Positions 28,563 to 42,489 are shown, counted from the stretch's first letter. The stretch is DNA of 64,000 nucleotides from the human T2T-CHM13v2.0 reference genome, Homo sapiens (GCF_009914755.1 NC_060935.1), one strand, 5' to 3'. Numbers and translations: made by a program. Notes: a model not told the origin generated them from the sequence alone.

Positions 28563-29869
28563 TGTGTCCGAATGTGGCATTTGTTGTTTTTGCTGATTCT
28601 TACTCATGATGGTTTATTTCCTTGTATGCTTAATGATCTTTTATTGTAAACTCTTAGTTGACTGATTTTAAATTTCTGGAATTCTGTGTGACCTAAATCA
28701 AGGATGCTTTCTTCCAGATAATAATAATATTGGTATCCACCAGGAGCCAAAGAGTGCTACCTACCTGGGACTGTTTCAGATTTTCTTCTGGATTTCTTAC
28801 TTAACATTAGTGTTTAAGGGTAAACAACTACACCCTTCAGCTGGCCCAAGTCATAATCACCAGAATACAGTGCTAATATTGGCATTTACTTCAAAGTTTG
28901 CCTTCCATATTTGCTTACAGGTCACACTCATCTTTTTTATCTTTCTTTGCTTTTGACAGAGAGGGTGGGTGTTTGTAGAGTTTCTGGGAGCCCAGCAATG
29001 CATTCAAAATTATGTTTCATAAGCATATAGTTGGTATGCAGTGGGAGAGCACTTCTAAGTATCTAATTGCCAAACTCCCGGAAGAAAAGGCCACTCTTTC
29101 TATTCTTTTTCGAAAAGGAACAAGATGAGGATTACAGCCTAAAGAAAACTTCAGGAGATGCAACATAGCATTGATCTCATTCTAGATACATATTTAAAGG
29201 CTGTGGATGTGTTCTCATGTCTTCCAGTAGGAACATGCTGGACCATTTCTTCTACTTTCAACCTACTGAACCATTTCTCCTGCTTCCTTGGAAAGGCTAA
29301 GTTCAGGCTGTCCTTGGAAAGGAAAAGATCAAACCAATTCATCTAATGTTCCTAGAAGCTGTGGCCTAGTGCCTGCTGGGGCATTAGCCATGCTTGATAC
29401 CCCTTTTTTACAGGCTTGGCTCTGGAGCAGGTGTTTTTTCAAGACAGTGCTGACCACAGGTGTGAGTGACACAGACAGACAAGTGTGAGACATGAAAAAT
29501 ACAGGCTTTAGCAGCATGACCAGGTGTGTTAGGAGACATCTGGCCACTGAACCCCAGGGGGCTGGCCTCCTCCTGCTGGAAATGGAGTAGAGTGGGCACA
29601 GGACACAGAAGGAGAGCAGAAACCCTGTGGAGATAAAATGGGGAAGCTATTAGACCCAGGAGATAGAAGTGGGACCTCTGTAACACTCCAAACTCTCAAC
29701 AGAGCACTAAAACTGGGGGAAATTGAGGCATGACAGCTTGGCTGAGAATAGAAGTGAAATATGAAGTTCTGGACAAGAAGCAGGTTTTGCGCAAATGACT
29801 TAAGAATGCCAAAAAGAGTAGGACCACACAGAATGTTGGAGCTATAGAAGTTTAAGTATCATCCAATTT

Positions 29870-30618
<749 letters not shown>

Positions 30619-32109
30619 ATCTGATACAATCTTCTGATTGTATGGCTCAGGCACAGGAGAAATGGAGAGGAAATTACCTTCTCAAGGTCACATGTCCCAT
30701 TAGTATCATAACAGGAAACACAGGCCAAGTCTCCCAACACCCAATCCACGGTTCTGTCCACCATCCCAGGCTGTGTCCCTAAACTTAACAACAAAATGAA
30801 ACAGATTGCCTGCCGCTCATGGCAGAGGCCGAGCCTAAAGTAAAAGGCCATTGTGCCCTGAGCTAAATGCCGACTTAAGGAGGATGACAAGACATTTGGA
30901 GATGTTAAACAATGCTATTTGTTTTCTGCTGCAAGTTTACTCTTTCTTTCCCCTTTTCTCCTGTCCTATTTAATCAAGGAAGCTGTTTTTTAGGTGTTCA
31001 TTTCTGTAAGAAAGGGATGTGACTGTCCTTATTATTTAAACGACAGTGCTCTTAGGCGAAAGCAGAAGACTATGGGTATCGCAAAATGTTAGATAATCTG
31101 AGGGAAAACATTCTCCTTCTCGCCCACACACAACTAGGAATGCTTCTCCTGGTCTTGGGAGTGTTAAAAAAAATGGAGGGAAAAGCTACATGTGTAAAGA
31201 TGAGGATGGGTCATGGAGAAGGAGATTCTAGACTCTGATTCTCAGACCGAACCCCTGGCAAGCTAAGAATTCCGGGTGGGTTTATGGAATCTGAGAGCAG
31301 AGGGTCCCTGCTTCTCTGACAGAACTACAGGGAAGCAACAAGGTCACAGAGATGGAGCGCCTGCTTGGTGCACCTAGAGGGAGAAGGATGAGGAGAGCCT
31401 CAGACAGTCCTGAATAGCATGGCACCAAAGTAAAGGAGGGATTCGCCAATGAAGAGACCATGCAGGTGGGGATGGGGAATGGTTTGGCAGTGACCAGCAA
31501 GGAAAGACAGCAGAGGCCCAAATAAGATGAGGAGACGTTTGAATAAGTGTTAGACTATAGAAAACGAAGTTACATTTTCTACACCTGATTTGGTGGACTG
31601 AAATTCACATTAGATTTTAAAAAGTAGGAATAAGAGCATGGGTGCACTCGGAGTGCAGAGCAATTTAATAGCCGAATCCATGAAATGGCATTTGGATCAA
31701 ATCTTAGAGGATGAATAGGATTCCAAAAGGCAGAAGGGCTGGGAAAGGAATGGACATGCAATAAACCAGGGCTTTATTTTTGGTAAAGCAAAGGAACAAG
31801 TCTCCTAAGAGAGGTGCAAACAAAATGCAGTAGGAGTTCAAAGGAAGGAGATTCTCACTGGAGAGGTGAGGGCTCTTTTCCGGGGAACGTATCATGTCAC
31901 CCAGACTTGGACAGGTGAGTAGAGAAAACTCTGTGATTTTCAGTTCATCTTCTGAGGAGGAAGATGACTTCGTGATCAGGTTGCACAAATGATCCTGAGG
32001 TAATGGCCTAATGCTCCCCAGCTTCTACCCCATTTTGTGGTCTGGGCAGAGAATGGATGATTCTGGACCTTGATCTGGGGATAGCTTATGAAACCATGAT
32101 GTATAAGTA

Positions 32110-32290
32110 CTTTCGAGTTCTACAAGCCAGGGCTCAAATCAGTGATCTCCCTGGGCCTCAGTTTTCTCATCCAAATAATGGGAACAATAAGCTTACTTCA
32201 TATGATTGTAGGGAAAATAGTAGATAATAGTAGACATAAAGCTTGGGACATGGTGTCTGGCATAGAGCAAGGTCCCAATAGCAATTGTTT
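32110..32290 (+). mobile_element. MIR SINE
   Basis: CTCCCTGGGCCTCAGTTTTCTCATCCAAATAATGGGAACAATAA. Confidence 0.7.
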
Positions 32291-33971
32291 TTCCCTGCTT
32301 TCCTCTGTGAGGAGAGAGACTGTCTTTTCTCACTTCTGTATCCCTCACTGTACCTAATATCATACCTTGTATGCAGAAGGGGCAATGAAGAATTTCTTGT
32401 TTTGACTTGCTCTGATTTAAAGAACATGTATAATTCAAAAACAAGCAAATAAAATCAGCATTGGTTGTATCACCAACTGTTAGATGAACAGATCAGAGAA
32501 AGTTTTCCATTAACCAGTGCAGTTTTTCTTTCTTTGGCTGTCAGTCAGCACAAAGGTAATCCCAGGAATCAAGGCACTGAAAAGTGAATTTCTGGCTGGA
32601 CTGATCACAGCAACCCTGACATCATACAGCCACTGCTTTCCATAATCAATGCCAGAGCTTAGTTTATTCACCTTATGAGTCCCTTGTGAAATTCCAAATC
32701 CGGTACCTGGATGGTAACATTTCCCCTAATTGATGCATGTTTGCTCTTGGAAAAACATCCTGTTTGATTAATTTTGGGTTTGATTTTCCTCCTCCTGGTG
32801 CTATGATTTTCGTGGACAGAGTCATTCTTTTGATGCTTTGCATGTGGTGGAGGGAGATAGATGCACGGGCAGTGAGCTGGGTCCTAATGCTAGCTTTCTG
32901 ACTTTGGGGAAACTTTTCTATAGGAAAAGACCCAGAAATGACAGCCGTGGTATATTTTGATGCAACATTTTCACCTAGTGTTAGGAAAGGAAGGAGAGTA
33001 ACAATGAGCACTAGACAGTGGGCTAGATAAATTATATGCACAATTATGTAATCATTATGGGTTCTTTTTGTAACATGAGAAAACTGAGGCTCAGAGAAAT
33101 AAAAATCACAGACTCAGTAAAGAATAGAGCTTTTGTTCAAATTCCTTGTTCTTTCATCTCCATTATACTTTAAAAAAGTTAAACTAGAATAGGTTCATAA
33201 GAAAGTAGACTTATTTTTTAAAGAAAAGTGTCCATAATTCTACCATCACCCCTCATAGCATGTATCTTCTTGCTGTCTTGTTCCATTTGCATGTTTGTTT
33301 TTGGTACGGTTGAAATCATACAATTCATAGTATGACATAGCATGTCCTTAAATAAATATTTTCTTAGAAATAGCTTTACTGGAGTTCTCAGAAATGAAAA
33401 TTTCATCTCCATTTATTGAACCCAAGAAAATAGTAAAGAACCCCTGGAGGGTCTAGATGGAGACCTGCCTCTTGGGTCTTAGTAGATCTGGGGAAGAAGA
33501 GGGTTTGCTTAATGATGACTACAGGATACAGAGAATCCCCTCACAGTGTAGTTATCCTGTCATGTGTCTTTCTGTCAAGGATTCCCAAATGGTAACTCCT
33601 TTTTGAATCTCTTCTCTGGATTTCTTGAGTAACCTGTTGAGTGCTATTTTCCTTTGTATGTTTATGTCTCAGCAAGAATGTCCAGTCTGTTTTTGAAGAG
33701 TTTTCCTCTTTATCTACGCTATACCAGAAAGCCCTGTGATTGTGGGCAAACAACTTAAAAGTTACTTAGCCTCAGTTTCCCTGTTCTAGACTAAAGGGCT
33801 AATAGCACCTATCTTAGAGAACACTCAGGAGAACTCAATAAGGTAATGTGGGCATTGTGCCTACAGCAATGCTCAAATGTGCTGCGAAGAGAAGATTAAA
33901 TGCTCACTTTTGGTTTCCTAACAACTCAGGGAGCCCTAGGATACAAAGATCCCCATAGAAGGCAGGGGATG

Positions 33972-34283
<312 letters not shown>

Positions 34284-35163
34284 GTCAGGGATGAAGAGAT
34301 AATAGGTATCTTGTCCCACAAAACGGCTGTTTTTATTTTGAAGGTGGGAGGAAAGAGAGATATAGTAGAGTCTCAGAAGATAGGTGCTTCAAATGCAGCA
34401 CTGAGAGTAGTTCTTGAGGATTTGGAGTAGGACACCCAGGACTGGTTCTGCTGAGGCTAGGAAGCTGGGGTGAGACAAACAGATGGTCTTTGAACTTCCT
34501 GCTGCTGGGTACGTGGAATTTGGCTATGGGTGTACAGTAGAGAAGGGTTATGATGTGACAAAGCAGCTGGTCTTAAGAAACTGCAAGAAGGGCCAGAAAA
34601 TAACCATATCGCTCCAAGAAGTCCCCAGACCCAGCTCTGGTAGGGGGAGAGAGTCTTGGGTATTTATCCAGCAGGCCCTTGGATTTGTCCAGCTTTGGAA
34701 TGTGCTGGATAATGTTGATGCTTCAGAAAGATCCAACTTGGTGCTTTGGGATCCCAGCTCATCATTGCCCCAGTTCTTGTTCCTGCTGTGGTGCTCTTGG
34801 AGGTGTCATACTTCTCTGGCCACAGTGAGATTGCTTATAGGGTAAATAAATTAAACTCATCCAAGTTATCCAGGAGCTTAAGAAAAGAGGAAGTAACCAG
34901 GATTGAGATTATTTGGAACACTTACACTTATTTGGAATAAGCATAAGAATAAGAATAAGAAGTCCTGAAACTGAAGATAATACTCCTATCTACCTAAACC
35001 TAAACCTGCAGATTAGAAAGGGCTACTTGAAAGAGTGTGTAGAGAGCTTTGTAACTTCATCTTGAATGAGGACTGCAGCTTAATTGGGGAGGGAAAGTGG
35101 GGAAGGAAGGGCTATGAAACTCTGCCCACGGGGAGCTCACATTGCAATTTAAGAAGCCAATAT

Positions 35164-35292
35164 TAGGGTTACCACATATCCTGATTTGTCCAGGCAGTCC
35201 CAATTTATGCTTCTTATCCCTGTGTACTTATTAATGGTGAGTTCTACTTTAAAAACTTTCTTGATTCAACAAATAAGTTAATGGTTACCCAG
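35164..35292. mobile_element. MER94 (hAT-Blackjack MITE)
   Basis: Terminal inverted ends TAGGGTTACCACATAT...ATGGTTACCC; internal CAGTCCCAATTTATGC. Confidence 0.75.
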
Positions 35293-36129
35293 CTGATATC
35301 ATTAAGATGGCATTGACAGATACCTATTTTGAAGGAATATGTATTTCAAAGTATTTTGAACATGTATTTTGAAATGCTGTAAGCATTTTGGATAAAAAAG
35401 TCATGCTTTTATGTAGGAAACGTCAGGATTCCTGGGAGAGGACTTGGCAGCATCTTAGGGAATGAGATAGCCCAGTGGTCAGGGCTTGTGTGGCATTTAA
35501 CCAAAAAGGACTTGACCTTGTCTGATACAAGCTCATGCAGTTGATGCCCAGTACTGCTGGTGCTAGACCCTTATGATGAAGGATCTGACCCATAAGAACT
35601 CTGGCTTCCTGTGTGTTGGAGCCCCATTAATTCCATTGATGGTGTAGGAGACTGGCATATGTTGCTCTGCAGATACTCAGATTAATGCCTTATTCTTCAT
35701 GTCTCAAACAAGTTAGCCAGAATATTGCAGTATGGGCTTAGGGGTGGTGGTAGTAATAAGAGGTGGGAGAAGGGATATGTTTATAGCCATTACTATTACT
35801 GGGCTAAACTGGGCCAGCAGATCTGTTCAAATCTCAAGTGATTTGGATCATTTATTTGTCTGGGACGCTGAGGACAGTCAGGGCTCCCATTTATTAGGGA
35901 CAGAGGAGATAGCACAGTAAGCATTGTTTCACTTAATGCAAATCAAAAGTACCCAGGGGGGAAGTAAATATATTCTGTGGAACCAGAAAGGTCATGTCAT
36001 GTTTTCTGAGAAGAAGTGGGGAGAGGGGAAGCAATAAGTCACATCTTTGCAAGGCAGGTCTGAGGAAGCATGAAGGGATAATGGATAATGGAAGAACCAA
36101 GCCCATTGTTGCTTTCCCTAATGTCCTTT

Positions 36130-36285
36130 TAGTCAGTCAATTGGCCTATCAATCAATCGACCAATCAATCCATCACTAAGCACACACTGAGGACCTACTA
36201 TGGGCCAGCCACTAGGACAAGTAGAGAAGATATCCAAGTCACAGTTGCTCTCATCAATGAGCTCATTCTTCAGTTGGGAATATGA
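36130..36285 (-). mobile_element. L2 3' end
   Basis: (TCAA)-like tail, then CACTGAGGACCTACTATGGGCCAGCCACT. Confidence 0.65.
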
Positions 36286-36591
36286 ATAGGCTATGCCAGC
36301 CCTTGTCTTCCTCCACCGTTATTAACTACAGACTCAATCATGTGCAATCCCTGACCCGAAGTCTACTGGTCAGGCAGTATAAAAAAAGGCCCAGCTCCTC
36401 CAACAGGCAGGGAAAAAAATTAATTGTGCATTAATTGTGCAAAGAAGTTAATTGTACATCCAACAGCATGAGATCTGTTGTTCTTGGGGCTTACTCCATA
36501 CCTTTATTTTCCTTTTAATTGAAGGTGACTCCCAACCCCTGCTCATAGGACAGCTCAACCTCAGCTTCCATTCCAGCTTGACAGTACCTGT

Positions 36592-36830
36592 AGAGGCAAT
36601 GTGATTTAAAGGACAATGTATAGTCTTTGGAGTCTAGTGGTCCTGGTTTGAATCCTGCCCCTGCCACTTTTTTTGTGTTGATTCAGTCACATAACCCTTT
36701 ACTGCAAAAAAAGAGATGATGATATCCAGTTTAAAGATATTGTGAGGAATTAATGAAGTACTTGGCTGTACAACCTAATACAGAGAAGAGATTAAACTGA
36801 TGGTAGCTATTAGCACTGTTGTTATTACTG
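36592..36830 (+). mobile_element. MIR SINE
   Basis: CTTTGGAGTCTAG...CCTGGTTTGAATCCTGCCCCTGCCACTT...TTGTGAGGAATTAATGA. Confidence 0.75.
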
Positions 36831-37866
36831 GCAGTAGTAGTAATAGTATTAGTAGTAGATGCCAAAATCATTGTAGTTGTTTTTCCCACAAGGAATGAAT
36901 TCCTGCCCTAGTGAATAAGGTCTGTTCCCAGGCCCATGGTTTTCCTGGATTCTTCTCGTTACAGTCAAGTATGTCTTCCCTGGCCATGACTTGATATCTT
37001 CTTACAAAGAGACCAATCAAAACATTAACGGTGCTCCTACTTGAGCATCAATACTGGCCCTAATCAATCCTGAATTTACTGTGTCTCCATGGACATTTTG
37101 TTCAAGGCTCGCCTGGATAACCCAACAAAGGACTGGCCTCCCAGTTGATATGGTTTTTCTAGAATAGTCCCACCTGGTTCTGGATTCTGCCCTCACTTAC
37201 CTGTCCCTGCTGCCAAGACCCTTCTCTTCTTCATGACAAAGTCTATATAGGTTAGGACAAACAATTTCAGGAAATCATGTCAACTGCCAGGGCAGTGGCA
37301 TAGAAGGTTGGTTTATGGCTACTTTTGGAATAAAGCTGGAGAGAAGCAGAATTCCCAAGGACTAGGGGTGGCTGAATGGAGGTTTGGAATAGTAATTCAA
37401 GGCAGGGTCCTGATGTGAGCAATGGCGTGGAAAGACAGCCACATATTTGGCCATACTGTGGTCAGAATATAGAGACATAGTCTAGCTAAAAGGTCTTGAA
37501 GATCAAACAGAAATGTTTGGATTTACTCCTTGACAAAGGAAGGATGTTAACTTTGGAAATCCATGGAATTTCCCAACACAGAGATGCTCTTAAATAATTT
37601 ATCTTATAAGAATAGACTATTCCTGTAGCTTACTCTGAGCCAATTAGTTGGCTAGAGCACTTGCCTCATCTTTCCTGTCCTGTACGCTATTTATTTCCTT
37701 TGGTCCCCATCATACCTGGTCAGCACTCTTCCTCTCTGCTATTTTTGCTCGACTTCTCTTGAATTTCTTCACTTTTTTCCCCTATAAAATCCATCCTTTA
37801 CAAGAATAATCTCTATACATGCATAGACATCTATTTCATTTCTGTCCTCTTCTCCATCATGAACCA

Positions 37867-38740
37867 TGATATTATGAAATATATATATATTTGGTCTTTG
37901 TCATCATTTCCTGACATGCAGCTTCTAAAACCCTTGTAGATAGGGATGATAAGAGAATCTTTTATTTTAACATTTGGTCTTTGACCCCCAGTTCCTGACA
38001 CAGACTTCCTAAGACTTTTGTAATGTCCTGAGTGGTATGAGTGTCTTTTGTTCTAAAGAGACCACTCTTGGTGGGCTCCTGGATAGCCTCAGGATAAGGG
38101 CTGGTTGCCAGAGGAATCAACTATATAATTAGAGAGTTGGAAGTTTTAGTCCCACCCACGAGAGAGGGGAGAGGTTCTGAAGGTTGAGTTGATCACCAAC
38201 GGTCAATGAGTCAATCAATCATGCCTATATAATGAAGCATCCCTAAAAACCCAAAAAGGCTGGGCTTAGGGAGCTTCCAGACAGCTGAACACTTGGAGGT
38301 TCCTGAAAGGTGGGATGCTCGGAGAGAGCATGGGAGCTTCAGGCCCCTTCCAACATACCTTGCTGTATGTATCTCTTCCATCTGGCTGTTCTTTATCATA
38401 AATGAGTCCTATGAGCCACCAAAACAAATTAACTGAGACTGAGGAAGGGGTTGTGGAAACCCCTGATTTATAGGCTATTGGTCAGAAGCATGGTGAAAAC
38501 CTACTAGTTGTGACTGGCATCTGAAGTGAGGGACAGTCTTGTGAGACTGTGTGTTCTGAAGCTATCCTCAGGTAGATAGTATCAGAATCAAATTGAATCA
38601 GAGGACATCCAGCTGGTGTCTGCTGGAGAACTGCTTGCTTGGTATGTGGGGAAACACTCCCGCACATCTGGTGTCAGAAATGTTGAGTTGTGTGAGAATA
38701 CAGAGTAGGGAAAACACTTTGGTTTTGTTTTTTCCTATTG
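37867..38740 (+). mobile_element. MER21B/MER21C LTR
   Basis: Duplicated TTTGGTCTTTG..TTCCTGACA motif; TCAATCAATCATGCCTATATAATGAAGC; GGTAGATAGTATCAGAAT; CACATCTGGTGTCAGAA. Confidence 0.85.
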
Positions 38741-39431
38741 TAAGATAAACTTTTATAGGTAGGCTTTTCTTCTCTTTCTGTGAATCAGAGAAGTCAGACA
38801 CAGTTGATGAAAATTCGATATTATCTTTGCTTTCTGTACAGAAATGCAACTTTTCTTGATTGAATTCTCAGGTTTATATTATGACTACATCATGTTCTCA
38901 GTGAGTAAGGAAAATTTGTTTTGATTATTTTAGGAAAGATTTCATTCAACGTTACAAATATATTGCATTTTTCAACATCAGAAACTAGAGAATTAGATGG
39001 GCTGCAATTTTGATAAAATTATGTTGGCCCCACTAAAGATTTTTGAACCACAAGTCCTGGATCCTCATCCTTCAATCTAACTCTAGACAAAAATAAGTTT
39101 GAATTTGCTTCTGAAGTGACCATAACTTCCGAATGCCAAATCAGGATATGAATTCTAAAAGAAAAGACCTTGTTTTAACTGTTTTTTAGTTATTGTTCTT
39201 AAAAATCAAATTGTATTTAATTAAATACTTTATGATATTTCTTTACCAAAATATATTAATTCCTATATGAAATTGAAGACCTCCTGGGAAATTCTTCCTC
39301 AAGGTTACTGGACTTTGCCTATACTCCTGAACACTTGTTATTCTTTCTCTGACTATGCCCTGTTAGAATCCTTTGAAGCTTTTTCCCTGGTCTCCTTCTA
39401 TCTTCATGCCACTCTTAAACTATAATAGGGT

Positions 39432-39822
39432 TTTACCCTTTGTAGCTGCAGGTTCCACATTTACAGATTCAACAAACTAAGAATAAAAAACGAGTCAGAC
39501 AAAAAATAACAACAAATAACAATACAACAATAAAAAATAATACAAATAAAAAACACCACAGTATAACACCTATTTACATAGCATTTACACTGTATTCGTT
39601 ATCATAAGTAATCTAGAGATGATTTAAAGTATACAGGAGGATACACATAGGTGCTGTACAAATAGGACACTATTTGATATAAGGGACTTGAGCAAATACT
39701 GGCCACTGGGTACTAGAGCTGCCACCCCTGGGTGCAGTCACCATGAATGTCTTGTATCTGCTTGGGGCTGCTGGAAAGGTGCCCTGGAACCAATCTCCCA
39801 TGGATACCAAGGGATGACTATA
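39432..39822. mobile_element. Tigger4 (MER46/Zombi)-type MITE with an internal foreign insertion
   Basis: TATTTACATAGCATTTACA...AAGTAATCTAGAGATGATTTAAAGTATAC...AAGGGACTTGAGCA...CCTGGAACCAATCTCCCATGGATACCAAGGGATGACTATA. Confidence 0.85.
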
Positions 39823-40175
39823 CAATGTTGACATGTGGCTTCAATTACCAGCTATTTACTGATATAAGGCTCATTTATCTTTTTTTTTCATAATTTTCCT
39901 GTATCCTAACACCTTTCCACTGGAGGGCCATTCCATAGTGTAATTCTTCATCTTGATAAGATACAACTTTCTATTTCTGCAGGAGAAGATGGATGGGAAC
40001 AGTACAGGGTGCTGCATTGTGCAACTCCAGGGGATACATTCTCATCACAATTTGTATGAATAGCTGTACACTGCATAATTCTAGGAAGCACGAGTTTCAC
40101 TGTGGTCTCTGATTAGGTGACCTCTGTGAAGCTCCTGGACATGCTATTTTTGTGCACTCTAAATTAGAGCAGTTC

Positions 40176-40638
40176 TGTGGCTCTGGGCAGATACTTCATC
40201 TCACTGTTTCCTGGAAGTTAGGATATGGGTGTGTGACTTCCACTTGGCCAATCACATGCTCTCACTTAATAGTTTAAATCTCAACAAACGAATGCAAAGA
40301 TGCAAGGCAGTGATGAAAAAGGCATTGCGTGGTGGCTGTACCCAGTGGTGGCAGCACTAGTACCCAGTGGCCAGTAGCAGAAACAGAGTCTAGTGGCAGT
40401 GTTGTCTAGCAGTGGTGGTAACAGTGGCAGATGTGCCAGTAGTGTTATCTTAACAAGAGTGATACTGAAGCATCTGGGATGTGACTCCTGCTGCTGGTCT
40501 CCTCAACTACCTGCCTATTGAGCAAGACCAATTCTAAAGCCTTTCTTTGGATTCTGTGCCCTATCTGGTATGCTTTCAATGAGTTGCTTTGCTGCTTAAA
40601 TCAAATATAATTGGTTTGCAATTGAGAAACTCATTACA
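40176..40638 (+). mobile_element. Old ERVL-class LTR followed by the start of internal sequence
   Basis: TG start; TTGGCCAATCACATGC; ends ...TTACA followed by GAAATTGGTAACAGAA, typical of the start of ERVL/MaLR internal sequence. Confidence 0.6.
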
Positions 40639-40667
40639 GAAATTGGTAACAGAAAGAGGCATATGTG

Positions 40668-40838
40668 GGTATATTTGTTTTCTGTTGCGGCACAACAAAT
40701 TCCTACAAACTTAGCAGATTCAAGCAACACATATTTATTACCTCTCAGTTTCTGTAGATCAAAAGTCTGTGAGCATAGGTTAGCTGGGTTCTTTGCTTCA
40801 CGGTCTCATTAGGCTGCAATGCAGGTGTTAGCCAGGAT
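40668..40838 (-). mobile_element. MLT1 (D-F type) LTR fragment
   Basis: ACAAACTTAGCAGATTCAAGCAACAC...TCTCAGTTTCTGTAGATCA...TTAGCTGGGTTCTTTGCTTCA. Confidence 0.7.
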
Positions 40839-40841
40839 TTT

Positions 40842-40930
40842 ACATATATATATATAACATAATAATTATATATTATATATATGTGTGTGTATATGTATAT
40901 ATATGTGTGTGTGTATATATATATATGTAT
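40842..40930. repeat. (TA)n/(TG)n compound microsatellite
   Basis: Seen directly. Confidence 0.9.
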
Positions 40931-40949
40931 TTTGAAGAGTCACAGGGAA

Positions 40950-41340
40950 GATAACCAAATTCAAGATTATTCTTATAGGTTGTGGAGTTCTACCAATTGA
41001 ATATGGATCAGTTCTTGTGTCACAGTTAAGGTGCTAATCAGGAAGAATTGAGACTCTAAAAGTTGGAGGGGGGGATATGTGGGAGGATTCAGAAAACTTG
41101 GAATTTCCCTTGATATCCATTTGTCTCTGTCTCCCCCTAGCCCACTAGGCATCCTTTTATCCTTGTCTGATGAGACTATTTTATCTCTACTTTCAGATCT
41201 TGAAAGAGGAATCAAGTTGTCCTCTTGGACTACATCTTCGGTTGTAGAAACATAACTAGAGTTAGCTCTTCATATAGTTCCAGGGTCCAATTACAAATCA
41301 AACCTCATAAAGAAGATTTACCCTACAAAGAAATTAAAGT
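40950..41340 (+). mobile_element. Degenerate ERVL gag remnant
   Basis: 41025-41103 translates VKVLIRKN*DSKSWRG-(frameshift)-DMWEDSENLE, resembling the ERVL gag motif ALIGKEWDPETWNGDMWED. Confidence 0.65.
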
Positions 41341-41399
41341 GCAAGATATCTTCTCATAATGAATCTGTCTCCCATTTTTCTCACTTCCCCTGACTTATT

Positions 41400-42000
41400 A
41401 AGATTTTAAAATATAACAACGCCTGGTGGTGGTGAGAGTGTGAGTGAACAGGCTTTTTCATATACAGGGAAGGGGTGTTTAAATTTGCATAAACTTTCTT
41501 GATAATTTGGTAAAATGCATCAGACAACTTAAAAATGTTTATACCCTTTGAATTAGTAATTCCATTTCTAAAAATAAATCCTAAGGATATAATAATGCAA
41601 ATGTGTAGAGATTTAGCTACAATAATGTTCATCATAATATTAAAATAGCAGAAAATTAGATAAACCTAAATTTCCAACAGAAAGAGATTAGTTGAATAAA
41701 TTTTGGTATATCTATGCAATGGAAATTCTTTACAGCTATTAAAACATTATGTTATGGAAGAATATTTATTGGTAGGGAAAGATGATCATTATACTTTTAA
41801 GGTAATTCAACAGGTTATAATATAATATGCACAGTATGATTTCTTATATTTGTTTGTGTGTCTGTACATGTGGATGAGACATAAATAAGCTTGAACATAT
41901 TCACACCAAAATGTTCACAGTGGTTATTCTCAAGGAAGATATTATGAGTAATTTGTATTTTCTCCTTTTCTTTTTTTATGTTAATTTGTAATCTTTCCAG
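41400..42000 (+). mobile_element. L1ME4-type 3' fragment
   Basis: ATACCCTTTGAATTAGTAATTCCATTTCTA...CACCAAAATGTTCACAGTGGTTATT. Confidence 0.78.
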
Positions 42001-42489
42001 GGAAAAATTGCAACTACCCAAAGTCTCATTCTCCTGGAGAGATGATCAAACTGTTCTTACTCTTATATAAGAATGGTGGAAAGAGAGCCTTTGTGATGAT
42101 TATTTTATCTAAGATGCTTATTTCACAGATGAGGAATCCCACAAAGGGATTCCTACAGCAAGTCAGAATGGATGGAAGAAGTAAATTCCAGAACCCCTGT
42201 GATTTAACTGGAGTTTCCTTCTCTCAAAGCTGTCTCCTGAAATAACAAAAGGACTAATAGAGAATTTTGGCTTGTTGCTTTCTAAGTATGCTTTTAGAAT
42301 GTAGCTGTCAGAAGAGATACTTCAGGAACTGTGACGGTGGGCACAGGGGTAGGTGAAACACTGTCCACTTTGATTGCCTAAACTGAGCTGCATTGAAAGC
42401 AGTTCTGCTTGCCATGTTTTATTATTTTGTTTTGTTTTCATTGTGGACATAGTGTTCTTTTCCTTCCCTTAGTTAATATGATCCCCAAC

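Larger units (their letters stand above)
26420..29090 (-). mobile_element. Ancient HAL1/L1M ORF1 and 5' region hosting three nested LTRs
   Basis: T-rich antisense ORF1-like segments (TTAGCACTTTGAAGATA..., TCTTCCAGTCTGTTAATTCTCCCTTCAAC, TTTGCTGATTCTTACTCATGATGGTTTATTTCCTTG) resume after each LTR. Confidence 0.6.

Noticed and set aside
31860-31920. Isolated strong splice donors (CAG/GTGAGT at ~31914; minus-strand donors at ~4155 and ~37200)
   Set aside because: No convincing paired acceptor or exon; such motifs are frequent by chance.
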